From sequence record NC_028899.1: a stretch of DNA of 64,000 nucleotides; one strand, 5' to 3'. A program made the position numbers and the translations under genes. Every line of letters begins with the position of its first letter. The stretch's first letter is position 1. Shown in pieces: positions 46,831-55,891 of this stretch. Under the pieces are notes generated by a model. That model had not been told where the DNA came from and did no database searches. It saw only the letters and a program-made list of their open reading frames with translations.

Positions 46831-47925
46831 TTAGAAGCTCGGGGCGTTGCCGAGCTGGTAAGCTTTCAGAATATCGGTGATCGAGGCACCTTCCTTCTGG
46901 TTGGACGCCTTGCACTCGCGGATCGACAGATCCGACACCGACGGGATGCCGGTCGTGTAGAACTGCACACGGTCGTATTCCGTATCCATCACCGCCACGA
47001 TGAACAGACCCGTTTCGTCGAACAGGCGCTGGCGTGCCTTGAAGTTGCTGAACTTGTCGTTCATCAGCAATTCGACCTTCTTGATGGTTTCCGCGCTGGT
47101 CACCACCAGGTTGGTCGCATTTGCCACCGACGGGTTCAGGCTCAGGAAGCCGGCGAACTTGTTGCTGCGACGCTGGTTCGTCAGAGCGGTATAGAGACCG
47201 TTCTTGTCGTCCATCAGACGCTTCTTGTGTTCCTTCACCAGATCGCGTGCCGTGAGCAGGTCGATCAGGTTGATCTGACCCGACTGGTACTTGATCCAGC
47301 GCGAACCGGCGCTGTTGTCGGCATGACCCGTCGCCAGGAACTCGGCGAGCAGGCCCGGCACCATGGTGTTCGCGTTCAGGCGAATCATGATCGGCAGAGT
47401 CTGCTTGTTGGCGCCGCTGGAGATCTGGACTTCGAGCAGCTTGCCCACCGACAGATTCGAAGCTTCCTTGATCACTTCAGTCGAACGCGCCGCGAGGCCG
47501 CCCGGTTCCATGATGTCGTTTTCTTCGACGCTGCGCGCTTCGTTCGACGGGTTGCCGAAACGCGGCAGGCGGTGTTTGAAGCCCTCGTTGGAGATGCTCC
47601 AGATCGCGCCGGCGGTATCGACCACGCTGTCTTTGACGGAACGGTTGGGGTTGAGTTTGTCCAGATGGCGAGCCACTGCGACATTGTCGATGCTGACCGT
47701 GAGCATGTTCCAGGCCAGCAGATAGTATGCCGAAAAAGCCGAATGCAGTGACTGGGTCACTGTGCTCGTATTTTCGTTGAAAAGCACACTGGAGTCGACG
47801 ATGAGGTTGGGTTCCACACGGGACGGGCGGGTGTAGTCGACGTACGAATCGGCTACGCCGGAACGCCACGCGTCAACTACCTTGCCGACGGTAACGAGGC
47901 CGGCTTCTCCGAACTTTTCAAGCAT
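46831..47925 (-). CDS. Virion head protein (phiKZ gp89-like)
   Basis: 364 aa. 'DYTRPSRVEP', 'NLSVGKLLEV', 'DILKAYQLG'. Confidence 0.7.
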   Translation of the reverse strand: MLEKFGEAGLVTVGKVVDAWRSGVADSYVDYTRPSRVEPNLIVDSSVLFNENTSTVTQSLHSAFSAYYLLAWNMLTVSIDNVAVARHLDKLNPNRSVKDSVVDTAGAIWSISNEGFKHRLPRFGNPSNEARSVEENDIMEPGGLAARSTEVIKEASNLSVGKLLEVQISSGANKQTLPIMIRLNANTMVPGLLAEFLATGHADNSAGSRWIKYQSGQINLIDLLTARDLVKEHKKRLMDDKNGLYTALTNQRRSNKFAGFLSLNPSVANATNLVVTSAETIKKVELLMNDKFSNFKARQRLFDETGLFIVAVMDTEYDRVQFYTTGIPSVSDLSIRECKASNQKEGASITDILKAYQLGNAPSF

Positions 47926-47958
47926 GATTTCATTCCTCGGGATAACAGGACTTTTAAA

Positions 47959-49269
47959 GTGGATAACAGATTAGATCTAACGATTGACCAGATCTATCAA
48001 CTCGGCAAAAATGGTTCTGAGGACCTTGCAGCCGGGCTGGAGCGCATTTACAACGCGACTCCGCTCGGACCGCTGCCGAGTAACATGGTCAACACGATTT
48101 ACGGTATCAACCACCGACAGACTCAGCTGGCTTTGCCTTTCAACCGCGACAATTATGGTTTGACATTTTTTACGCGGCCAAGGATGAACCTGACCACTAA
48201 CAACATGCGTTTTGTTAGGCAAATGTATCCGTTGTTGAACACGGAGCCAAGGTCTATTCAGCGGATTATTCGCTGCTTGCTGGATCCCTCACTGGCATAT
48301 CCAGACACGCAGTATACCAACATCCAACCTGTCAAGTCGCCCTACGTGGACGACCTGAATATGTTTATTCCTCTGCTGTCAAATCTTTGCCTGACAGTTT
48401 CCGGCTGGCCTGATTTCGTCGTCGATACTCATACGACGCCCGAGGGTCATTACCGGGAATCGCACAGCATGATCGACAGCAGTGTTGAAGTGAAAAACAC
48501 ATACGAATTGTCGGTGTCCTTTCGGAACATACCGAATAATCCGGTCACATTATTGTTTTATTTCTGGATCTTCTACGCATCGAAGGTCTTCGAAGGTGAA
48601 ATGATTCCGTATGGCTCCTCGCTGTACGAAAATGAGATCGATTACAACACCCGGATCTACCGACTGGTACTTGATCCGACCAAACGATACGTGCAACATA
48701 TCCTGTCGACGGGTGCTTCGTTCCCGCTGAACGCTCCTGTTGGTGCGCTTGGCAACTTCGATCACGAGCAGCCCTTCAATGAATCAGGGGATAACGTCAA
48801 CATCCGTTTCCAATGTATCGGGATGGATTACAACGATCCGATTCAGATCCAGGAATTTAACACTGCCGTCTCGATCATGAATCCTGGCATGGATGACGCA
48901 TTCCGTGACCAGTATTACATCAAGATTCCTTACCAGATCCTTTCGTTCTTCAACATGCGTGGTTATCCGCGCATCGAGAAGAGCACGATGGAACTGGAAT
49001 GGTACGTGTCCTATGCGATGTTCCAGTCGTATGCCAGCCAGCTGGCTGACTTTGCGAATATCCAGGGTATGCGCAACCAGACGTTCTTGCAATATATTTC
49101 CGCCTCTAGTGTCAATGATTATAAGAAAGCGTTGAGTGACATGGATAGCTCCGTGCCTAACGCTACCTATAACGGCGGGCTGGTCAAACGAGCCGTCAAT
49201 GGCGAATTTAGCCAGGATGAACTCGACCAGATTTCTCAAGCATACTTCGCTTCCAATGGAGCCAATTAA
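47959..49269 (+). CDS. Virion structural protein (phiKZ gp88-like)
   Basis: 436 aa on the opposite strand. 'GINHRQ', 'GLTFFTRPRMNL', 'DYNTRIYRLVLD'. Confidence 0.7.
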   Translation: MDNRLDLTIDQIYQLGKNGSEDLAAGLERIYNATPLGPLPSNMVNTIYGINHRQTQLALPFNRDNYGLTFFTRPRMNLTTNNMRFVRQMYPLLNTEPRSIQRIIRCLLDPSLAYPDTQYTNIQPVKSPYVDDLNMFIPLLSNLCLTVSGWPDFVVDTHTTPEGHYRESHSMIDSSVEVKNTYELSVSFRNIPNNPVTLLFYFWIFYASKVFEGEMIPYGSSLYENEIDYNTRIYRLVLDPTKRYVQHILSTGASFPLNAPVGALGNFDHEQPFNESGDNVNIRFQCIGMDYNDPIQIQEFNTAVSIMNPGMDDAFRDQYYIKIPYQILSFFNMRGYPRIEKSTMELEWYVSYAMFQSYASQLADFANIQGMRNQTFLQYISASSVNDYKKALSDMDSSVPNATYNGGLVKRAVNGEFSQDELDQISQAYFASNGAN

Positions 49270-52187
49270 TGGGCACGATTCGTGACTTCATGAACGACGC
49301 GCTAGCCGCGTCGTATGACCCTAGCGGTCAGTACCGGGCTTCGATGCGAACACTCACAGCGATCATGAACGGGGAGGTGGATGACATCTCCCCTGCCAAC
49401 CCTGTCGTGTACGCGCTCGAAACTCAAGGCGCCCTGATTGCAGCGTTCACCGAGAACATGCAATCGGAAACGCGGCGTCTGTTGCAAGTGGCGGCGCTGA
49501 CTCCTCAGGACCTCTACCCGCACATGGCAGATGTCCACTTCACCAACATCTTCAACCTGCCGGCGAAGACGACTTTCACTCTGATTCTGGATAAGAAGGA
49601 AATCCTGAATTCGATGAAACCGATTGCCGGCACGATGTCGAGTAAGGTGACGATTCCTCGCGACACGTACTTCACCATCTCGGACTACGTCTTCGGTATT
49701 CACTATCCGATCGACATCATCCAACAGGTGCATGGCGGCATTCGCGTGGCGTACGACACGAGCCAGACCACACCGCTGCAAGCACTCACGACGAACATCC
49801 TGAAGACCCGGGAAGTCATGCGTGACGGCGTGACGTATCTGGCCATCGACATCGATGTGTTCCAGTTCGTCATTGCGAGCAGCACGCCGACAGTGACGCA
49901 GGGCACGACGTTCAGCAAGAACATCGCAATCACGGATCTGTACTACGCCACGCGTGTCTATCGCACGCTTTCGGACGGTACGCAACAAGAGATCCCCGTC
50001 ACGTACAGCGAGAAGATCTACGATCCGCTCAATCCGTGTGCCGTGGTGAAGCTGCTCGATGGCGTGGTGAACGTATCCATCCCGCAGATCTACATCAACA
50101 ACCAGCAGGTGTTGGGCGAACTGCGCATCGACATCTACACGACGAAGGGTCCGTTGCAAACGGATTTCAGCAGCTACTCGATTGGCTCGATCGGCTATCG
50201 CTTCCGCGACCTCAACAAGAACGCGGATACGACGTATACGGCTCCGATGCAGCAGCTGGATACCTGCACCGTGCTGGGCGAGCAACCGGTCTCTGGTGGC
50301 GTTCTGGCGATGACGTTCGACGAACTGCGCACAGCTGTGATTTCTGACGCGATTGGCGATCCGACTCTGCCGATCACGCCTGCGCAGATCCAGAACTACA
50401 TCACGCGCTTGGGCTACGACGTCATCAAGAACATCGATATCGTGACTGACCGGGTGTTCCTGGGTTCGAGGAACATGCCTGATCCGACGGATCCGTCTTT
50501 GCTGACGGCCGCGAATGCATCCATCGAAACGATGAATGCTTCGTTCACCGATCTAATCGGCAATTCGGCTGTGGTCGACAACACCTCGGATTCGAATTCG
50601 GTCACCCTCACGCCGTCGGCGATCTACCAGTTGGTGGATGGCACGCTCAAACTGGTGGATGATAGCACGCTGACTGCGATCAAGCAGATGCGTAGCGATC
50701 TGAAGGCTACCTACATCACGAACGGGAACTTCCTCTATTCGCCGTTTTACTACGTGCTGGATAAGAGCAACAACCAGTTCCGTCTGGCACCTTACTACCT
50801 GGATAACCCCCAGGTTCTGTCTCAGACATTCCTTCAGGACAATGAAGGCACGCTGCTGCAGGTCAATACCAACGGTTACGACTTGCTAAAGACGGCAACG
50901 GGTTTCCAACTGAAACTCACGGTCAAATCCAACGACGACTACAAGGCCCTTCAGGACCAAGACGTCCAGTGTATTCTGGGCTTCAAGTCGCCGACTGAAG
51001 AAGATCCTTGCTGGTTGGTCGGTACGCTCTTTGGCACCGATCCTCAGAGCAAGGAGCGGATCTTTACGTTCGATCTGAACACCCAGTTTGCCATGGATGT
51101 GAACGATCGGATCGATTTCCGCAACTTCAAGATGTACGACACCACGAACAAGACGATCTATGCGGATCTCACGCAGGACTTCACTGTTATCTATGCGACG
51201 CAATCGCAAATGGGTAACTTGTTCGTACCGGGTATGATCGACGCATTGCTGCCGCGTTATCTGGTCGGTGCTAACAGCAAGGCGATCTGTGAAGAACGTC
51301 TGACGCTGAAGTTCGGTGACGCATTGTCGAACCTCTGGGCTCGTGCGCGTTCGGTCGCATCGACGGTCGAATACGAAACGTATCCGACCGATCAGATCCT
51401 GCGCTATTCGTCCGATCAGTGGAAGACCGATCCTGCAACCGGCAACCAGATCTTCATGGTCGATGGTAAACCCACTCGCGTTTTGCTTCATGCGAAAGGG
51501 GATCCGATCCTGGACGACAATGGTAATCAACAGATCCAGTTCCCGGCGGGCTCGGTGGTCTATGACTACACGCAGAATCCTCCGGTGCCGGTCGTCAAGA
51601 ACGTGCGTTATCTGAAACACCGCTTCGAGCTGTTCCTGATCGAAGGCGTGTACGCTTTCAGCAATGACGACATTGCCGTAGCCTATCGCAACACGGTGGC
51701 CCAGCAAGTGGCTTCGTGGGTGACGACGGACATGGTGAGCGTTCAGAAGGCTTCGATGGACAAGTCCCGTGTCTATTTCTATCCGAAGACCATCTTCGGT
51801 ACGATCGAAGTCATGGTGGCTGATGGCATCGTCCAGCAGATCTCGGCGGGTCAACGTTTCGACGTGGCTCTGACGGTGTCCAAGGAAGTCTATCAAAACG
51901 AAGTGCTGAAGGCACAGCTGGTGACGCAGACGACGACGACTATCGCCGCTTATCTGACGAACCAGACTCTGGCCAACAGCGACATTGTCGAAAATCTACG
52001 CGTTGCGTATGGTGACGACGTCCTGGATGCTCAAGTATCGCTCTTTGGTGATGCTGCAAACATCCCTGTGATGCAGTTGGTCAACGAAGTACATCGTTGC
52101 GGTATTCGTAAACGCCTGGTTTCTCGTGATGACGATAAGCTGGTCGTGGAAGAAGACATCAACGTGACCTTCAGTGTCATTTCGTAA
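49269..52187 (+). CDS. Large virion/baseplate structural protein (phiKZ gp87-like)
   Basis: 972 aa, coupled by TAATG. 'LYPHM', 'GG......E.LR..VI', 'N.TDR'. Confidence 0.7.
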   Translation: MGTIRDFMNDALAASYDPSGQYRASMRTLTAIMNGEVDDISPANPVVYALETQGALIAAFTENMQSETRRLLQVAALTPQDLYPHMADVHFTNIFNLPAKTTFTLILDKKEILNSMKPIAGTMSSKVTIPRDTYFTISDYVFGIHYPIDIIQQVHGGIRVAYDTSQTTPLQALTTNILKTREVMRDGVTYLAIDIDVFQFVIASSTPTVTQGTTFSKNIAITDLYYATRVYRTLSDGTQQEIPVTYSEKIYDPLNPCAVVKLLDGVVNVSIPQIYINNQQVLGELRIDIYTTKGPLQTDFSSYSIGSIGYRFRDLNKNADTTYTAPMQQLDTCTVLGEQPVSGGVLAMTFDELRTAVISDAIGDPTLPITPAQIQNYITRLGYDVIKNIDIVTDRVFLGSRNMPDPTDPSLLTAANASIETMNASFTDLIGNSAVVDNTSDSNSVTLTPSAIYQLVDGTLKLVDDSTLTAIKQMRSDLKATYITNGNFLYSPFYYVLDKSNNQFRLAPYYLDNPQVLSQTFLQDNEGTLLQVNTNGYDLLKTATGFQLKLTVKSNDDYKALQDQDVQCILGFKSPTEEDPCWLVGTLFGTDPQSKERIFTFDLNTQFAMDVNDRIDFRNFKMYDTTNKTIYADLTQDFTVIYATQSQMGNLFVPGMIDALLPRYLVGANSKAICEERLTLKFGDALSNLWARARSVASTVEYETYPTDQILRYSSDQWKTDPATGNQIFMVDGKPTRVLLHAKGDPILDDNGNQQIQFPAGSVVYDYTQNPPVPVVKNVRYLKHRFELFLIEGVYAFSNDDIAVAYRNTVAQQVASWVTTDMVSVQKASMDKSRVYFYPKTIFGTIEVMVADGIVQQISAGQRFDVALTVSKEVYQNEVLKAQLVTQTTTTIAAYLTNQTLANSDIVENLRVAYGDDVLDAQVSLFGDAANIPVMQLVNEVHRCGIRKRLVSRDDDKLVVEEDINVTFSVIS

Positions 52188-52203
52188 CAAAAAAAAGATG
52201 AAC

Positions 52204-52237
52204 CATACACACCTGGGCTTGCGCCCAGGTGTGTATG
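52204..52237. terminator. Bidirectional terminator carrying TATG on both strands
   Basis: CATACACACCTGGGC-TTGC-GCCCAGGTGTGTATG between convergent genes. Confidence 0.85.
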
Positions 52238-52248
52238 TGCTCTTTCGT

Positions 52249-53979
52249 TTACAGACCAGTGATCTTGCGCAGATCAGCAGCAGATGCAGCCGAGATTTCC
52301 ATCGAGCCGTGCTCGTCGTCTTCGCCATCGGTCGTGAACGACACACGAACGCGATCAGCACTCACCCATTGCGAAGGCAGCAGGTGTGGACGCACGATGT
52401 TCTCATCCATCTCCTTGGTCGTCTCGACCAGTTCTTCAGCCAATTCTTCCAGCGAAGGAGGAATCATTTCACCGAACTTGTTGTAGAAATGAATGATCTC
52501 GCCGGCGTTCTTGCGCAGCGTATCGACGATCTGGTAACCGTGCTTGCTGACTTCCGCATAGACGCGGGAGATTTCAGCATAGACGCGCATCAGGCCCACG
52601 AAGTTGGTCGACAGAGCACGGTGGATACGCATGATCTGCTGAGCACGCTTATCCTCGTCCTTGCTTCCTTCGTACTTCGTCGTCTTCGACAGATGATTGG
52701 CCAACGATTCGAGTTTCTTCAGCGTGGGCTCGCCCTTCTGGAGCAATTCGATAAACGTGATGAGGCGCACGAAACGCACTTCACGCATACGACGCACGCC
52801 CAGGTGGTAGCCCACGAGCAGTTCTTCGAGATCGTTGTAGTTCGGTTCTTGCGAACCGTACTCGGCGATGTCGTCCTTCAGTTGCTGGGCCCAGTGAGGG
52901 ATCGTATCGAACGTGTACCCGCCAAACTTCAGCGTGTTCTTGTCCAACACCATTTCTTCCAGGACCTTGAGCGAGCTGCTGAACTTCATGGCTTCAGAGG
53001 TGTTCTCGCTGTTGCCACGATCGTCCGTGTGCTCGAACATATCTTCGAGCAGTTGCAGTTGTTGCGTCACGAGAGACGCTGCTTCAGCAAAGCCGTCGAA
53101 CGAAGCCATCACCAGATCCACAGCCTTGTTACGCAGGCCGTAAATCAAGCGGGCGTACTTGCTGGGATTGCGCATGTAGCGATAAGCTTCTTCGCCACCT
53201 TCCATCGTCGTGAGGATCTCGGCCAGATTCACCGAGATGTGGTGCTTGCGCGACGGTACCGGATCGATGCCCTTGATGAGATCATCGGTGTTTGCGATGA
53301 GATCGTTCTTGAGCGCCTGAGGAATACGAGAGTTCTCGATTTCCTTGTGGTCGAGTACCGCCGGCACTTCCATCTCGATGTGCTGGGTCTTCGCTCCCTG
53401 GACCGCCTTGATCGTTTTCTCGACCGCGTGATCCTGGTTCTCCAGCTTCTTCTCGGATTCCTTGATGCCTTCCTTCGCCTTGTTCAGATCACCAGAGCCA
53501 CCGCTTTCCGATTCGCCACCGAAGAGCCAGTTGATGAACTTATAGATCAGAGCGACGAGGAACGCGATCGCTGCTGCAATCACGACCCACATCTTGGCGG
53601 AGATCGATTCCAGGCTCGGCTTGTAGCCCACGCCGGACACGTCTTCCGTGAAACCGTTGGGCTTCACGAACGATTCCATGTCCGGAACAAGCTCGATCAG
53701 TTCATAAGCCATACCACGACTCATGCCCTTGGCTTGTTTCATGCGACCGTAAAAGTCGCACAAACGGTTGACGTAAGCTTCGGTGGAGACGATGAGATCG
53801 ATGTCGTCTTTCATCTCCGGGAACTCGTTGGCAAGCTCCGGTTGCTTGAAGATGTCGACGTTCGGAATCTCGAACCCGCTGTTGGGACCGCCGTTCGCAG
53901 CCGACTGCATGGCTTGTTTACGGATGTCCTCGTTATCGTTGAACTTGTCCCAGGTGAAAATGGAATCGCCTCGCATCAT
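52249..53979 (-). CDS. Processed internal head protein with a hydrophobic helix (gp86-like)
   Basis: 576 aa. STE/SLE sites followed by 'MWVVIAAAIAFLVALIYKFINWLFGG'. Confidence 0.7.
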   Translation of the reverse strand: MMRGDSIFTWDKFNDNEDIRKQAMQSAANGGPNSGFEIPNVDIFKQPELANEFPEMKDDIDLIVSTEAYVNRLCDFYGRMKQAKGMSRGMAYELIELVPDMESFVKPNGFTEDVSGVGYKPSLESISAKMWVVIAAAIAFLVALIYKFINWLFGGESESGGSGDLNKAKEGIKESEKKLENQDHAVEKTIKAVQGAKTQHIEMEVPAVLDHKEIENSRIPQALKNDLIANTDDLIKGIDPVPSRKHHISVNLAEILTTMEGGEEAYRYMRNPSKYARLIYGLRNKAVDLVMASFDGFAEAASLVTQQLQLLEDMFEHTDDRGNSENTSEAMKFSSSLKVLEEMVLDKNTLKFGGYTFDTIPHWAQQLKDDIAEYGSQEPNYNDLEELLVGYHLGVRRMREVRFVRLITFIELLQKGEPTLKKLESLANHLSKTTKYEGSKDEDKRAQQIMRIHRALSTNFVGLMRVYAEISRVYAEVSKHGYQIVDTLRKNAGEIIHFYNKFGEMIPPSLEELAEELVETTKEMDENIVRPHLLPSQWVSADRVRVSFTTDGEDDEHGSMEISAASAADLRKITGL

Positions 53980-53990
53980 GGCGGTTCACC

Positions 53991-54467
53991 TTAGGAAATC
54001 GAGATCTTGCCGGTCTCGCGCAGCTTCGAGATCAGCAGGTTGGCCAGTTGCAACACGCGGCCAGCCGACAGACCCGTTTCCTTGATCGCTTCCCAGACTT
54101 CGACCGACATGATCGGAGCCAGGCCCATGGCGGTTGCCATGAAGTCGAATTCCGGATTGGCGTTGTAGTCGCACGCGTCACCGTTCAGGATGCGGCTGCG
54201 CAGCAAGAACATCATCTTGGCTGCATCGCACGCTGCCATCACGTCGATGAGGAGTTCTTCGTTCAGGAACGAGACCGTACGAGCCACGTTGCCCGCGTGT
54301 GCATCTGCGAACACCGTCATCGGGTTCAGTTCGTTACCGATCTTCGGCACGAGATGATTGCCGATCGCCATGCCGACGATAACCGGCAGGATCAAACGAC
54401 GTTTCACGGTGTCGGGCAGCATGAGGCTGACCTTGCCCGCAAATGCTTGAATTTCGAGATTCTGCAT
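53991..54467 (-). CDS. Virion protein (gp85-like position)
   Basis: 158 aa. Synteny. Confidence 0.6.
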   Translation of the reverse strand: MQNLEIQAFAGKVSLMLPDTVKRRLILPVIVGMAIGNHLVPKIGNELNPMTVFADAHAGNVARTVSFLNEELLIDVMAACDAAKMMFLLRSRILNGDACDYNANPEFDFMATAMGLAPIMSVEVWEAIKETGLSAGRVLQLANLLISKLRETGKISIS

Positions 54468-54484
54468 GATGGATGACCTGTTGT

Positions 54485-55795
54485 TTAGGCGTTACGGAAT
54501 TTGTTTGCGTAGTAGAACAGCTTGTTGGACGCCATGTCTTCGAGCTGTTGCTGGAATTCGATTTGCTTGCGCTTGTTGACGCCCGTCGGAATCAGGTAGT
54601 CGTAGACCAAGCCCACCAGCTGGGTATGGTCTTTCATGTTTTCGTTGACCTTGTCGATCACGTCGATGTCCTGACGAATACGTGCCGAGTCTTCCTTCGG
54701 CAGATCCGGACTCTTCAGTTCGTTCACGAGGTCGTTGCGGATACGCTTGAAACGCGCACCGGCCTTGTCGTACCAGTCGTGGTGGCTGTCGGCGAGCAGC
54801 AGGCCGGCGAGCAGCGCAAACGTCGTGTAGGCAGACCACAGCTGGCCCGTAGCCACTTCGAAGATACCGAGGCCGAGAACAGTGAGCTTCAGGAATTCGA
54901 CGAAGAAGTAGCTCACCCAGCCGCGGCGATAGATCGTGCCCTTGTAGAGCTTGTCCAGTGCCGTCACCAGATCGCGGGCTGCGCCATGACGCGTTGCGAA
55001 CTGATCCGACAGTGCTTCGAAGCTGTTGATGTCGTAGCCTTCCACGCCCGACTGGCTGCGGTTCTTGCGAGCCAGGTTCGTGATGATGACCGTGTAGATC
55101 GTCGTGTTGTTTTTCTTGGAAAGCTCTTGCGCGTCGACGGCTTCCAGAGCCATCATTTCGCCAGCTTCCTTGATGATGATTTCGCGTTGGCCGGCATCGG
55201 TCGTACCGTCCAGTTCGCGCACCATCGTGATGAGGATCTGGTTGGTCGTACGGAAGCGCACGAGGTGTTCGTAGAACGACCACACGTGACCGACTTCATG
55301 CAGGATGATTGCCGAAATTTCGGCGCTCGTGTATTCACGGCCGTCGAAGAGTTTGTAGAGCAGACCCTTGTTGCCGTAGATCATGGGGGCATTGAGCCAC
55401 ATCTTGATCGGCGGCAGATCTGCGAAGTAGCCGTCCACCCAACCTGCGTTCAGGTCGAGCAAACCGCGTACTTCCTTGTCCTTGCTCTTGCGCACGTCTG
55501 CCAAGCTCTTCTTCGAGAGCGTGGTGTCTTTCCAGCCGTAGCCTTCGAGCAGCGGGCTGTTTTTGTCGATGTGCGGTGGCTCCGTCATCATCGGCATATC
55601 GCCGACCGAGATGTCGAAGCTGATGTTCGTAACGTCCTTGATGACTTTCGCAACTGCGATCTCGAACTCGGTGCGTGCCTTACCGTCGCTATCGGTACGG
55701 TACTTGTCGATGATCGCCGTCAACTCGCGATGGAGACGATCGTTCTGGAACGAGATGCTCTCCGGCGAATAGATGGGATTGATTGTGGTAAACAT
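54485..55795 (-). CDS. Virion head protein with a zincin HExxH motif (gp84-like)
   Basis: 436 aa from ATG 55795. 'SPESISFQ', 'AIILHEVGH', 'EALSDQFATRHG', and a hydrophobic C-terminal half. Confidence 0.7.
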   Translation of the reverse strand: MFTTINPIYSPESISFQNDRLHRELTAIIDKYRTDSDGKARTEFEIAVAKVIKDVTNISFDISVGDMPMMTEPPHIDKNSPLLEGYGWKDTTLSKKSLADVRKSKDKEVRGLLDLNAGWVDGYFADLPPIKMWLNAPMIYGNKGLLYKLFDGREYTSAEISAIILHEVGHVWSFYEHLVRFRTTNQILITMVRELDGTTDAGQREIIIKEAGEMMALEAVDAQELSKKNNTTIYTVIITNLARKNRSQSGVEGYDINSFEALSDQFATRHGAARDLVTALDKLYKGTIYRRGWVSYFFVEFLKLTVLGLGIFEVATGQLWSAYTTFALLAGLLLADSHHDWYDKAGARFKRIRNDLVNELKSPDLPKEDSARIRQDIDVIDKVNENMKDHTQLVGLVYDYLIPTGVNKRKQIEFQQQLEDMASNKLFYYANKFRNA

Positions 55796-55891
55796 GTTTT
55801 GGCCGACCTTTGTCAACGGTAATTAAAAATCAGACGACACAATTCTGTGCCTGAAATTGTCCTACGCCTCATAAAAAAGGTGCGAAACGGG

